A stretch of 64,000 nucleotides of DNA from Octopus vulgaris. Its lineage: Eukaryota. Below the pieces are notes generated by a model. That model was not told the origin of the DNA, made no database searches, and worked only from the letters and a program-made list of their open reading frames with translations. The position numbers and the translations under genes were made by a program. Where the stretch lies: positions 22,444,001-22,508,000 of the forward strand of contig OX597814.1 of assembly GCA_951406725.2 (NCBI GenBank), read 5' to 3'. This document shows, in pieces, positions 1 to 12,420 of the stretch (position 1 is the first letter of the stretch; each line of letters opens with the position of its first letter).

Positions 1-86
1 ATGAACTTCTAGCTTGTTGTCTCTTGCGGTGTCTGGGTGAGACTTGAAGCCAACTTGTACACATGTAAAGCAAAAGTCAAACATAA

Positions 87-87
<1 letters not shown>
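1..87 (+). mobile_element. Probable 3' UTR end of an R4/Dong-type non-LTR retrotransposon, running into (AAT)n
   Basis: Ends directly in an (AAT)n tract (88-120), the same terminal architecture as the element that follows; no coding sequence visible. Confidence 0.35.
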
Positions 88-118
<31 letters not shown>

Positions 119-149
119 TAATATCCTGAAATATCTTGAAATATCTTGA

Positions 150-1240
150 AATAACGAATGACTAGATGCTAAAGCTCGTGGAAAATCACGAGAGACGAAA
201 GAAGCTTCATTCTATCATAAAGGAAAGCAAAAAATTTACTATTGATCTCGTGCAGGATACCCAAACTGAACAACCCGAGGTAAGTACGGCAACTATTGTT
301 GCAAAGAAGGTGAAAATAATGGCAACGAAAAAAGCGCACGAGCTGATAGGTGGGAGGAGAAACCTCTGCTCGGCAAATATGTGGCCCGTAGCAAATAAGC
401 TGATGTTGACCAGAAGCAAACCTATCAGTGGCTACGGAGCTCAGGGCTAAAAGCAGAGAGCGAAGGTTTCATCCTGGCTGCTCAAGTTCAAGGCCTATTA
501 ACCCGGAACTACCAGGCCAATGTGATGAAAAATGGATTCTGCAACGACACGATTGAAACAGTGGACCACCTAATCTCTGGATGTAAAGTCTTAGCACCAG
601 TGGAGTATAAATTAAGACATGACAGAGTTGGCCGATATGTACACTGGCTAATAAGTCGGCATTACAATATCAAAACTGCCGACAAGTAGTATAATCACCA
701 CCCTGAAGCTGTAACTGAAGGAGAAAATGTAACGATTCTGTGGGACTTTCCAGTACATACAGACCGAACCATCAAATACCAAATCAATAAAGTTTGCTTA
801 TTGATCGACATGAGCATCCCCTGTGATCATAATATCTCGGCGAAAGAGTTTGACAAGCTCAGAAAATATAAAGACCTGCTCATTGAAATTGAGAAAATGT
901 GGCATCTCAAGGCGGTTACAATACCAATGATCGGGGGAGCACTAGGAATGATCAAGAAGGGAACCAAAAATTATATGAGAATGATCCCTGGCTTACCATC
1001 CCTGCAAGAAGTGCAAAAGATTGTCTTAACTGGTACATCACACGTATTGAGAAGAGCATTGTCGATGTGAGAACTATTACTACCCATGTATTTTAATTTA
1101 ACTTTAAAGAAAAAAAATGAACGAACTAGTGAGTTTAGTTTAATGGCCTACCAATGTATACTATGAGTTTCTTTGCCCTAGGAGTCGGGAAGACACTCGG
1201 CAAGAAATGGAAGCAAATTTGAAAGAAGAAGAAAAAAAGA
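150..1240 (+). mobile_element. 5'-truncated R4/Dong-type non-LTR retrotransposon (zinc knuckle + restriction-like endonuclease end), degraded
   Basis: Translates to ETVDHLISGC..L....Y..RHDRVGRYVHW, ILWDFPVHTDRTI and LIDMSIP..EFDKLRKYKDL..ALGMI (ORF 801-1070); frameshifts and stops; flanked on both sides by (TAA)n. Confidence 0.85.
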
Positions 1241-1251
1241 TAATAATAATG

Positions 1252-1309
<58 letters not shown>

Positions 1310-1314
1310 TAATA

Positions 1315-1367
<53 letters not shown>

Positions 1368-1371
1368 AATG

Positions 1372-1435
<64 letters not shown>

Positions 1436-1440
1436 CAACA
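1240..1440. repeat. Compound (AAT)n/(GAT)n microsatellite
   Basis: Directly visible. Confidence 0.97.
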
Positions 1441-1487
1441 TCGAAAAATACCTCAGGAATGAGAACTCAGGTTCGAAATTTCTCCAA

Positions 1488-1533
1488 GACACCTGATAAA
1501 GGCTGGAGTGTATATCAGCCGAAATGTTGTGTT
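1488..1533 (+). ncRNA. Degenerate minimal hammerhead ribozyme in a Penelope-type terminal fragment (~1440-1620)
   Basis: acac CTGATAA a GGCTG-gagtgtatat-CAGCC GAAA tgttg tgtt; stem II pairs perfectly but the core has a C3/A8 mismatch, so probably inactive. Confidence 0.6.
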
Positions 1534-3955
1534 AACAACAAATAAGATGAGGCAATTATCCGTCAAATGTAAATAATGTAAATAATGTACATAATTCCTC
1601 ATCTCTTAAATATAGAACGGTGTAGCTTGTATTAGAAAAAAAGAAAAGAAGGGTTAAGTTAACCACAGATAAGACATTACCATGCACGAGGCAAACTCAG
1701 CGTATTTGTCAGGGTCATTGTAGAAGAGATTCTGTAAGTTGAAAACTTATGAGAAAGGATTGCGAATTTAGTGTGAACGTGATACTAGGAATAAAAGGCA
1801 AGGTAGGAGTGCGAATCAGTTGCTTTGTGATGTGACATATTTTAATATATATAGAGATATGTTTCCTTGGGTTCCTGGTTATGAATTTTTATTTTGAACC
1901 AATTGGCTAATGCTGTGGCCAGTTATTTTGCCCAAGCATAAGATTTTATTACAACGATCGTCATTCCTCCAAGATCATGAGCAATAAGTTTATCAGATAA
2001 TTAAATATGTATTTGTCTAACATGTATGTGGATCTTTACCGATTATTGCAAGCTCTAATATACTGCTGATCCTGCCTAATCCCATTGCTGTTAAGTATTG
2101 TCATTATATTTCGATCTAGACTTTTATAAACTGCTAATATTGGTACAATATATATCGAACAATGCATGGTTTTTCTAAAGCAAATATTTAATTTTACAAG
2201 GTATAAACTGAAACAAAATTATTAGGCTGTACGTTAGATACCTACTAAGTTATATGGCATTACAATATGTAACTAAAGTAATACTACTTGAATCACATCA
2301 AATTATTCTTAGATGACGTTTGGAAAAATGCATTTTCGTAGATTTGCTTTTGGCTCCATCATTCTTTGGAGAGCAGCACTTTTCAAAATCGATTTTTCTA
2401 TTAATATATTTTCTATCCATTTAAAACGAGTTACTTGATTGGTTGAAATGGAATTCTGAAACACCTCCCAACTCTATCTGTACCTTTTCTGCCATACTGC
2501 CAATTATTGTTAAAATCACAATCTAAATTCGTAACCCGTTCACATAATGTTATTCTGATCAAATTAATAGTTGTAAGAAATTATGCATATTTTATTATGC
2601 TTTTTTTCTTTAATATTTCCTCTCTATCCTATTTTCAATGTATATATTTTATAAACTCCTTAAAAGTTCGCTATTTGTAATTCCCCACCCCGATGTTTTT
2701 TCTGCTGATTAAGTAACTGCCATCCTAGATTTTTGTCCGAAATATTTAAATTTTATCGCCTTGTTTGTAATACACAAGTTATTGCAACCAATTTTCCATC
2801 GCGTGTTCACAATAAGAATAATTTAATGGAACACTGCAACACTAATCATTCAACCTTTTCTGCTATGAAAAAAAAAAAAAAAACTGGAATCTGGAATACG
2901 ACTTCAGTTGTAATGATGCAGCATGTTAAATATTCTTTTTATTCTGATTTATAGCTAGTATAGAATTAATTCTGATGATTCTTATATTTCGTAAACGCTG
3001 AATACTTGTATTAAGGCATAATTAAATAAGGATGCATACTTTACGCAGTTTCAGCCTGTTTGTGTTCATTAATGTGTTTTAAGATTTCTTTTCATAATTT
3101 CCTTTTCGATTTCAGAATATACCGAGTATATTGCATGTTTCGTCAAATTTAGGAACATTTTGTTATGTTTAAATTTGAAGATTTCTTTAATTTCATTTGG
3201 ATATTTTTATATCAGAGGATATTTTAATTTTGTAAAGGTGTAACTGAATTTCAACAACATTTAGCTTACGGCATTGTTGTCACTAATATTTATAATCAAA
3301 GTAAACTCGAACAAGTACCATTTACACCCGACTGTTGGCAGTTCCACATGCTTTGCTACGAACATAATTACTTTTGAGAAACAAAACTGTGTTTTAGTAT
3401 AATCTATGTATGCATTTATGTGTATGTGTGCATGTATGTGTATCTGCGTATATGCACATATATATCGTGTCTCATATGTAGTAAATATATATCAGCCATG
3501 ATCTTTCTTTCTGGGCCTGACTACCGACCGCCAACACATCTTGTATCCATCTCCCATGTTCCTGCCTTTAGGCGTCCACTTCATACACGCCAGCTCAATT
3601 TGATTCGTTCTCAGTCGAAAGACGGTGCTGTTATCTCTTGTTGTTTGTATTCGTAATTGTGTACCATGTTCTCGGTTTTTTTTTTTTTTTTTTGTCTTTG
3701 TTGCTGTACACATTCGATTGCTTTTTTAGAAACGGGTGTAATGCTCTTAGCTTAGAGTTTTTTGGGGCCAACCAGATCGAACCATTTCAAGTGTAACTGC
3801 CCGAAATGGTTGTGACTTATGGGACTTGGCTGATGAAAGAAAGCCAAAAATGACCCGTCTATCTTTGTCTGTCCTTCTAATTGTTGTTTCTCTTGTTCGC
3901 CTTTTTATCGTCTGTCTGTCCGAACGTTTTAATGCCATCTATTGCGTTTTTGTTC

Positions 3956-4070
<115 letters not shown>

Positions 4071-4574
4071 GTATATATATATATGTGTGTGTATATATAC
4101 ATATGTATACAAAGGGCGGAGGACCTCTTGAGAGTCAACGGCCATCCAATAAATGTTAGCACGGGTACGTAGAAATTCCGGGGTAGTGTCCGGCGTGCTG
4201 AAAGACCACTGGGAGTGAGGCGCCCCTCAGCTTTTGTTAAAGCACGTCTCTAGGAGAAGGTCACTCTGATATAAAACCAGATATGCAGGGAATGGCATTG
4301 AACATTTTGGGGATCTTTGGTTTGTGCTAGAGATCACGGTGCTCCCACATCCCTGAGCCTGCGACTCATATTGGCACCAGACATCTTGCTCCGGCTTGTC
4401 TCTGGATAATGTCAATAGAGTGGAGAGGGTCTATGAGGTGTTGTGCAAACCTTATTGGACCTAAAACTCTGCACAGGCATTGCCGACCTTTTTTTTTCTA
4501 TATATGTCTATCTTATTTTTAGTATATATTTTCTTCATTTTTAGTATATATATATATATATATTATTTCTTTTA

Positions 4575-7500
4575 ATTCGGAAGTCCTGCGGCGATGGGAA
4601 GGTGGTGAAGCATGCTACATGACGGGTTGGAAGCATGTAGTCAGCGACCTGCCCGTAGGTGGCCCATGTTAGATATAAAGTCGTCTCGTTGTCGCCCAAG
4701 ACAGCGGTAGGATTCGGTTGCTGCATGGGTGTCTGAGCAGCTCCATTTGGAGAGGGCACTGCTCACCTGGAGACCGGGGAGGTTCTGGAAAAGGTGAACC
4801 AAAAATTGCCTGTCTTTCCATATCTGGTCAGTTTAGCGCGACTGACGGATGCCCGCCCTGCGCTCGAAAAACAAAGAGCATTTTATCTATAAAATCTGGA
4901 CGGAACTTAAACATTTCATGTTGGAATGTGCGTACTCTGTTGGACAACAAGAGTGATTGCAGGCCTGAAAAACACACTGCACTTGTTGCTCGTGAGCTGA
5001 ACCGTTATAAAATTGATATAGCTGCACTCTCAGAGACTCGTATAGAAGGTGATGGTCAGCTTGAGGAAGTAGGAGGCGGATACATCTGTTTTTGGAAAGG
5101 AAGGCAGAAGGAGGAGCGCAGAGAGGCTGGTGTTGGTTTTGCAGTCCGATCTGATATCCTGAAGAAGTTGGAAGAGCTCTCTGTTCCTATAAATGAACGT
5201 ATAATGACCCTACGGTTGCACTTGAAAGGTAAGCGGTTTGCTACTCTAATAAGTGCATATGCACCTACTTTGACTAGCTGTGATGAAGATAAAATAATCT
5301 TTTATACCCAGCAGAGAGCCATACTTAGAAAAATCCCCAATTCTGATAAAGTCATTCTACTGGGGGATTTTAATGCCAGAGTAGGAACAGACTGGCAAAC
5401 ATGGAACTCTCTAGGACGTTTTGGAGTAGGGAAAATGAATAGCAATGGTCTCATGCTATTGGAGCTTTGCGAATAACATGGACTTTACATTGCAAGTACT
5501 TCTTTTGTGCACAAAGGTGATCACACAACATGGATGCATCCAAGGTCCAAAGTTTGGCACTTGCTGGATTACGTCATCATCCGCAAGCGCGACATTTATG
5601 ACATTTGTAACGTCAAGTCCTTGCATGGATCAGAATGCTGAACAGACCATAGTCTGGTGCGAGTAAAGTTCCGAATGGTGATTAGGGCGAAAGAGAGAAG
5701 AGAACCAGTCAGCATTCCTCGCCGTCTAAATGTCCACAAGGTATATGACGTTGTGGTTAGGAAAGAGCTTCAGACTCGCTTGTCCAGCATTGAAACTGCT
5801 GCAGCATGGGAAGATCTTCGAGACCAGGTTGTTCAATGTGCAGCCGAAACACTGGAGTATGTTACTGCCAGACACAGACTGGTTTGATGAGAATGATGCT
5901 GAAATTCAACGACTATTAGTGGTGAAGCGCCATGCCCACAGTGTGTTGCTGCACAGAGAACTGTCTACTGTGCAGCGAAGTCTAGCACTTGCCCACTATA
6001 ACAGTGTAAAATCACTACTGCAGCGATCTCTCAGGAAGATGCAGAACACTTGGTGGGAGGATCTTGCTCGTGATGTTCAGGCTGCTGCTGATGCAAATGA
6101 CAGCAAGAAGCTTTACCATCTTATGAAGCGAGCTTATGGACCTAAGCGCTCCACATCAGCTCCTTTGCTTTCCAAGGAGTCTTCCACTCTGTTTACTAAA
6201 TCAACAGAAATCACAGGTCGCTGGATCGAACACTTCTCTGAACTCCTAAACCATGAGTCAGTTGTGGATGAAACAGTGATTGATACTATGAAACAAAGAC
6301 CTATCATTGACACCTTAGACTCCTCGCCATCAATACATGAAGTAATGACATCAATAAGTAAATTGAATCTTGGTAGGGCACCTGGAAAGGATGGAATTTG
6401 TGCTGAGGTCTTGTGATTTGGTGGTAATTGCATCACACAGTCCCTTCATGAACTTATTAGTGCAGTCTGGAGGGATGGTGCAATCCCTAAGGACTGGAAG
6501 GATGCAATTATTCTTCCTCTATATAAAGGAAAAGGAGCCAGAACAATGTGTGGTAACTACAAAGGTATTGCTCTACTATCAGCTGCTGGCAAGGTTCTGG
6601 CAAATATTCTTCTTACCCGTCTGAATGGGTGTCTCGTAAATGATGACCTATCTGAATCTCAATGTGGCTTCCGAACTGGTAGAGGGACAATGGATATGAT
6701 TTTCACAGCTAGACAGATGCAGGAGAAGTGCTATGAGCAGATTATGGATCTTGTCCAGGTATTCATTGATTTAACTAAGGCCTTTGGTACTGTAAATAGG
6801 GCCTTTCTGTGGAAAATACTTGGCAAACTTGGATGTCCGGATCGCTTTGTATCTATAATTGAATCATTTCATGCTGGGATGGAGACTTGGGTCAATGTTG
6901 GTGGTGCCATGGCGGGACCCATTCATGTAGAGAATGGTGTTAAGCAGGGTGACATCCTTGCCCAAACTCTCTTTTCTTTGTACTTTGCTGCTATTTTTAC
7001 TTATGCTTCTGCTAAGGTTAGCTCTCTGGGAATATATGTCATATATCGATCTTATGGCCGCCTCTTTAATCTTCGCCGATTTGCTGCCAATTCAAAGGTT
7101 TCCCAGTCTATTATTCGTGACCTCCTTTATGCAGATGACTGTGACTTAGTCACTCATACAGTGGATGACAGGCAAATACTCATGAATTGCATTTCTGCTT
7201 CTTGCAGGGCATTTGGACTCAGCATTAGCCTGGACAAGACTGTTGTAATGTTCCAGCCTGCACCAGGAAATCCATATATAGAACCAGCTATCTTGGTTGA
7301 AAGAACAATTCTGAAGGTAGTAGACAAGTTTGTCTACCTGGGAAGCACACTCAGCCGTTCTTGCTCCCTGGATGAGGAAATATCTTTCAGGTTGCAGAGA
7401 GCAACTAATTCCTTCCGGTCTCTTCAGTCTCGTATCTGGTCCCAACATGGCATCGCAAGGGGAACAAAAGTTGCTGTGTACCGTGCTTGTGTACTGACAT

Positions 7501-8111
7501 CGCTTCTCTACTCATGTGAGACATGGACTTTGTACAAACGTCAGGTAAGGGTCCATGAACGTTTTCATCAGAGATGTCTCAGACACATTCTCAATGTTGG
7601 CTTGACCTTAAAAATTCCAGACACACAGATCCTGAGGACAGCTGATATCTTGAGTATTGAGGCGATGGTACACAAGCACGGGTTACGTTGGACTGGACAC
7701 CTTATTAGAATGGAGGATAGAAGGATCCCTAAGCAGATGCTCTATGGAGAACTTGTGAATGGAAGGAGACTCCGGCAGAAACCAAGGCTGCGATTTAAGG
7801 ACTGTGTCAAGTCCTCGTTAAAGGCCTTTGATATGCAGGACACTGACTGGGAGAACAATGCCTGTCATCGCCACAGATGGAGGAAGCAGGTTAAGGAGGA
7901 GATCGACACTTTTGAGAGAGCACGTATACAGCATGAAGAACTTAAGCGAGCTGCGCGAAAGGGCACGGCTCGTATAGTGAATGGGGAAAGCTTGGTCTGC
8001 AATGTTTGCAGTCGTGTATGCTTGTCAAGAGCAGGGCTCATTAGCCACCAACGGAGCCGCAAATGCAAAATATAAGTTAGTCCTAGAGCGCACAATGTTC
8101 CTGAGTGGATG

Positions 8112-8118
<7 letters not shown>
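4575..8118 (+). mobile_element. Near full-length RTE-clade LINE (AP endonuclease + reverse transcriptase + C-terminal C2H2 finger), inactivated
   Basis: APE motifs WNVRTL, ALSETR, SAYAPT, LGDFNARVG (4718-5476); RT motifs ESQCGFR, FIDLTKAF, GVKQGDIL, YADD; LRWTGH; CNVCSRVCLSRAGLISHQR (6546-8075); stops and frameshifts near 5476, 5880, 6416; ends in (TA)n. Confidence 0.95.
6546..8075 (+). pseudogene. RTE reverse transcriptase domain and C-terminus (open 509-aa segment of a disrupted ORF)
   Basis: ORF track; YADD and other RT motifs; upstream part of the ORF is interrupted. Confidence 0.9.
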
Positions 8119-8160
<42 letters not shown>

Positions 8161-8164
<4 letters not shown>

Positions 8165-8490
8165 TATTTATTACCAAATTGACGTGGCAGTCCAGAGAAA
8201 TAGGACGAATACTGATGTTGATTAGCTCAGAGAGGCGATCGCTTCTAGCTAGCTATATGATGCACATACCTGCGTCCATAAACCTTCGAACAGGGGAGGT
8301 CATCAGCTTCCCTTTGCTGGTTTGGCATCCACAGACCGGTTTCGGAGTAGCTTCTCCTCATCAATGTGGAGCGGCCGAGTCCAGCTGGGGTTGCTGTAGA
8401 TCTCTGTTCGATGGTTTTGCTTATATACATTCAGTGATTTTCAAAAATAGAAATGCTATAATTTCTAAATATCTCTAAAGAGACTATATA
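8161..8490 (-). mobile_element. Diverged retrozyme-like unit related to the 363-bp repeat
   Basis: Shares attagctc..gaggc.atcgc, aaccttcgaaca.gggaggtca, atctctgttcga.ggttt and ttttcaa.aatagaaat with 10755-11480; contains a hammerhead. Confidence 0.8.
8328..8370 (-). ncRNA. Minimal type-I hammerhead ribozyme
   Basis: Minus strand: UCCACA UUGAUGA GGAG aagcua CUCC GAAA CCGG UC^UGUGGA; 6-bp stem I, 4-bp stem II, palindromic stem/loop III, GUC site. Confidence 0.88.
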
Positions 8491-8599
8491 TCTGTGTGGA
8501 ATCGTTTCGTTAGATTGTCTCAAGTTCTGCAATTAATTTTAAACTGGTTGGTGACCATAGCTGGGTGCAATAGGTAAAGCGGCTTAGGACAATTGTCCT

Positions 8600-10620
8600 A
8601 CAGAAAACCATCATGGTTTCATGATCTCTTGTTTTAAAATCCATCCGGTCAGCCACCTGCATTCTCTTGCCAACTTAGCAACATGTACACGAAAGGATGC
8701 ATCGTTATTCATGTAAATGTCCAGATTTCGTATTGACTGTGTCTCTTGGATTGTAATCCCTTCAGGTCCATTGTATTTAATTGGTATTGCATTTAGTCTT
8801 GCATGCTGATAGTATAGGGCTTGAAACTTTTCAGCATTAAACTGCATGCTATTCTTCTTAGCCTACTTGTATATTCAACTCACGTTGCAAGTGCATAACG
8901 TTTTCAGGGTTCTGTATCACCTGTGAGACTTTTTTATTATCTGCATAACTTGTGATCTTGGCTCTCTGTTTGGCTGAGGGCATATCTGAGAGGGCCAATA
9001 TGAACAGTAATGATCCCAAAACAGTGTCTCGCGGAACACCACTCACTATTTGTATGCAATTGGAGGTGGCCCTATTGGCTACTACTGCTTGACTTCTATC
9101 TTTCAGAAAGTCATGTAGTCATTCTCCCAATTTCCAGACTATACCGAGATCTCGCAGTTTGTGACATATCATTCCATGATCGACTTTATCGGAAGCCTTT
9201 GCAAATTCGAGATATATCACATTCCCATTTGAAATGGTTGAGCAGCTGTTTCCACACTCAGTCATAGTTTTGTAAGAGCGGAGTCAGGCAGCTTCTTTCA
9301 AGTTATTGGGTGTCAGTCTGCATGTAATTTTTCTCAAGGAAGGGGATTAGTTTTCTGCTGACTATTCGTTCCATGACTTTGCTGATGTGCGAGATCAGAG
9401 AGATTGGACTGTAGTTTTGGGCCTCTGATCTGCTATCTTCTTTATGGATGGGGCATATTTTCCCTTTTTTCAGCTTGCTTGGAAGTTTTCCTGTTGCAAA
9501 GAAGCTCTGGAAGAAAGATTGCAGTAGTGTTGCTAGGACTCACAGGATTTTAAAAGGATTGCTGGGAATGCATCATGGCCAGTAGCTGAGTTCAAGTTCA
9601 ATTCATCTATAGCCCTTATTAAATCGTCTTCTTTTATATTGATGTAATCAATCATCACTGCCTCTGTTTTCATATCTGCTGTGGCGAAAAAATCAGCTGG
9701 ATTGCTGAAGTCAAGGGGGGAGTGAAAACACTTGAATTGCTCATTTAGTATTTCATTTATCCTCATTGGGCTTCCTGCGGTTGAACCATCTTTATCGAAG
9801 AGTGGCCCTACCCTGCAGTGCACGGAGGCTGTTTCTTTGGCAAACTTGTAGAAGTCTCTGGGGTTAGATTTTACATTGTCTGTAGCCCAGGCTTCTTTGT
9901 CTGTTCTTTGTATTTTCAGGTGGGTTTTTTCACTGCTTTCAATTTGTTTGTTAATGCGATATGAAATTTATGTACGGCGTCTCATAAGAACTTCCCCTCC
10001 CCAGAGATTTTGTTTTTGTGTACAGTGGCCTTTCTCTCCGGGACACATCTGTAGCATATGACTTGCATTACAGACATGAATTGTTGAAGTTTCATATCGA
10101 TGTTCGGTGTAGAGAGTCATTTAGGCCAGTTTTGTTTGATGATCTCTTTCTCAGTTTGTTTCCAGTTTGCCTTATGGAAGTTCAAACTGGAGACATTTTG
10201 AGAGATTTTTGTTGGCTGCATGTCCATGGTTTCCCTTGATCTGTACAGGGTCAGTTCTACCATATTGTGATCTGAGAGTAGTGTCGGTGTAACTTTCACA
10301 TTATGGATAAGATCCATATTATTTATGAAGCAGAGATACAGTATATTACATGCCCTGGTTAATTGGAGTACTATTTGTTCCATTTACAAAGTGTTGCTGA
10401 GGTTCAGGAGAGATATCACCTGTCCTTGTTTGCAACACACCATTCCAGGGAGAGAAAAGCCCTCAGGCTATCTGATGTTGGACAGATTGAATTCTCCCAT
10501 AAGGGGTACTCTTATGTGTTGTTCTAATGTAACTAGAACTTTTTCTGTTTTTGTAAGGCAGTCTTCAAACTTTTCCTCGCGATTCGAGGGTGATATGTAG
10601 TACATATAACTATATTGAAT
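8600..10620 (-). mobile_element. Degraded CR1/L2-group LINE (APE + RT fragments)
   Basis: SGVPRDTVLGSLLFILALSD..SYADN (RT), MQFNAEKFQAL, NSATGHDAFPAILLKSC, PTLLSDHNMV (APE SDH motif); many frameshifts. Confidence 0.85.
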
Positions 10621-10718
10621 GGCCTTATATATACAATTAGTGTCTCACACGCATATACACAAGCGTAAATATACATACAGATATACACTTACAGGTCTCT
10701 TTCTCTCTCTCATTCACT

Positions 10719-10757
<39 letters not shown>

Positions 10758-10983
10758 GAAATATCAAAATTACTAAGTCTCTCTAAAAGAGAACAACGGC
10801 AGCGTTCCCGGAAAATAATAGTTATCGCCATACTAATATGGCATTCTTATAAAAATAAGAATAAAGCTGTCCGCTTATTAGCTCCATGAGGCCATCGCCT
10901 TAAGTTAGCTATTTGATACACAAACTGTATCCATATAACCTTCGAACAAGGGAGGTCAGTCGCTCCACACTACTTGACCGGCA

Positions 10984-11025
10984 GCTACAGACGCGTTTCG
11001 GGGTATTGCCCCTTTTCAATGTAGC
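10984..11025 (-). ncRNA. Minimal type-I hammerhead ribozyme, U3:A8 core variant (copy 1)
   Basis: Minus strand: GCUACA UUGAAAA GGGG caaua CCCC GAAA CGCG UC^UGUAGC; predicted cleavage between 10990 and 10989. Confidence 0.88.
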
Positions 11026-11346
11026 GTAGCCAGACCAGTAGGTGTCGCTTCTGACAATCTCTGTTCGAAGGTTTTATTTACCTAGCTTCGGTGGAATACA
11101 TCCACTTGTTTTCAATAATAGAAATATCAAAATTACTAAGTCTCTCTAAAAGAGAACAACGGCAGCGTTCCCGGAAAATAATAGTTATCGCCATACTAAT
11201 ATGGCATTCTTATAAAAATAAGAATAAAGCTGTCCGCTTATTAGCTCCATGAGGCCATCGCCTTAAGTTAGCTATTTGATACACAAACTGTATCCATATA
11301 ACCTTCGAACAAGGGAGGTCAGTCGCTCCACACTACTTGACCGGCA

Positions 11347-11388
11347 GCTACAGACGCGTTTCGGGGTATTGCCCCTTTTCAATGTAGC
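11347..11388 (-). ncRNA. Minimal type-I hammerhead ribozyme, U3:A8 core variant (copy 2)
   Basis: Same sequence as 10984-11025, offset by 363 bp. Confidence 0.88.
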
Positions 11389-12185
11389 GTAGCCAGACCA
11401 GTAGGTGTCGCTTCTGACAATCTCTGTTCGAAGGTTTTATTTACCTAGCTTCGGTGGAATACATCCACTTGTTTTCAATACATATATATATATACATATA
11501 AATGTGTGTGTGTGTGTGTGTGTAAATATATACTCACTAACATGCATCTAAACACATATAAAGGTGTGTATATAAGTATGTATAAATACATACGTATAGT
11601 TTTCTAACACTCGCATATCAATAGCATTGACAAAAAGATGACTTCAACATTAAGCTATACACAGTATTTCTTTCGCTTAAAATATTTCACTTCATTTATG
11701 AAGTTACATGTGTACAAACTTTCTGTTTCACTACACATTCATTTCATATAAATAATTAATTAATCAATCTTTTGTTGAGGTTTTAGTTAAAAGTTGGATT
11801 AAAAATTGCAAAAATGTGACGCTAAACTCATGTAATCTGTTCAGTATGTATCTGAAACTTTCAGATAAATATTTATACGCTTTTGATTAATTTATTATAG
11901 ATAAGTATTTGAAACATGGCAAAAACGAAAAAAAAAAACAAAAATCAATCATCGAATTTTATTTGATATATTACTATTTGAATAGAAACGCACAAGCCCT
12001 CGCATACACATAAAATTCCACACATGAAAATAGAAAAATCACGCTCACATGTGCGCGTTCAACACATTCACATATTATATGTATTAATATGATGTGTTAC
12101 ATATATATGTATATATGTATGCATATATATATGTATATATATGTATATATATGCATATATATGCATACATACATACATACATACA

Positions 12186-12256
<71 letters not shown>

Positions 12257-12380
12257 TTACAGGTTTAATGCAATATGTATGCACAATATTTTACACAGGC
12301 GTTTGTTCCTATATATAAGTATGTCTGTATTTATATTTTGAGTGAATATATGTAAATATATGTGTGTGTACGTGTGTGTA

Positions 12381-12420
<40 letters not shown>

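Larger units (their letters stand above)
10755..11480 (-). repeat. Head-to-tail dimer of a 363-bp retrozyme-like unit inserted in (TA)n
   Basis: Copies 10755-11117 and 11118-11480 look identical (offset 363 at several anchors); each has a hammerhead; no ORF in the track; TA repeats on both sides. Confidence 0.92.

Noticed and set aside
3800-3850. cgaaatgg...ctgatga (similar motif at 40988-41025) as a type-II hammerhead
   Set aside because: Could not build stems I-III around the motifs; the block 3490-3950 remains an unclassified probable repeat
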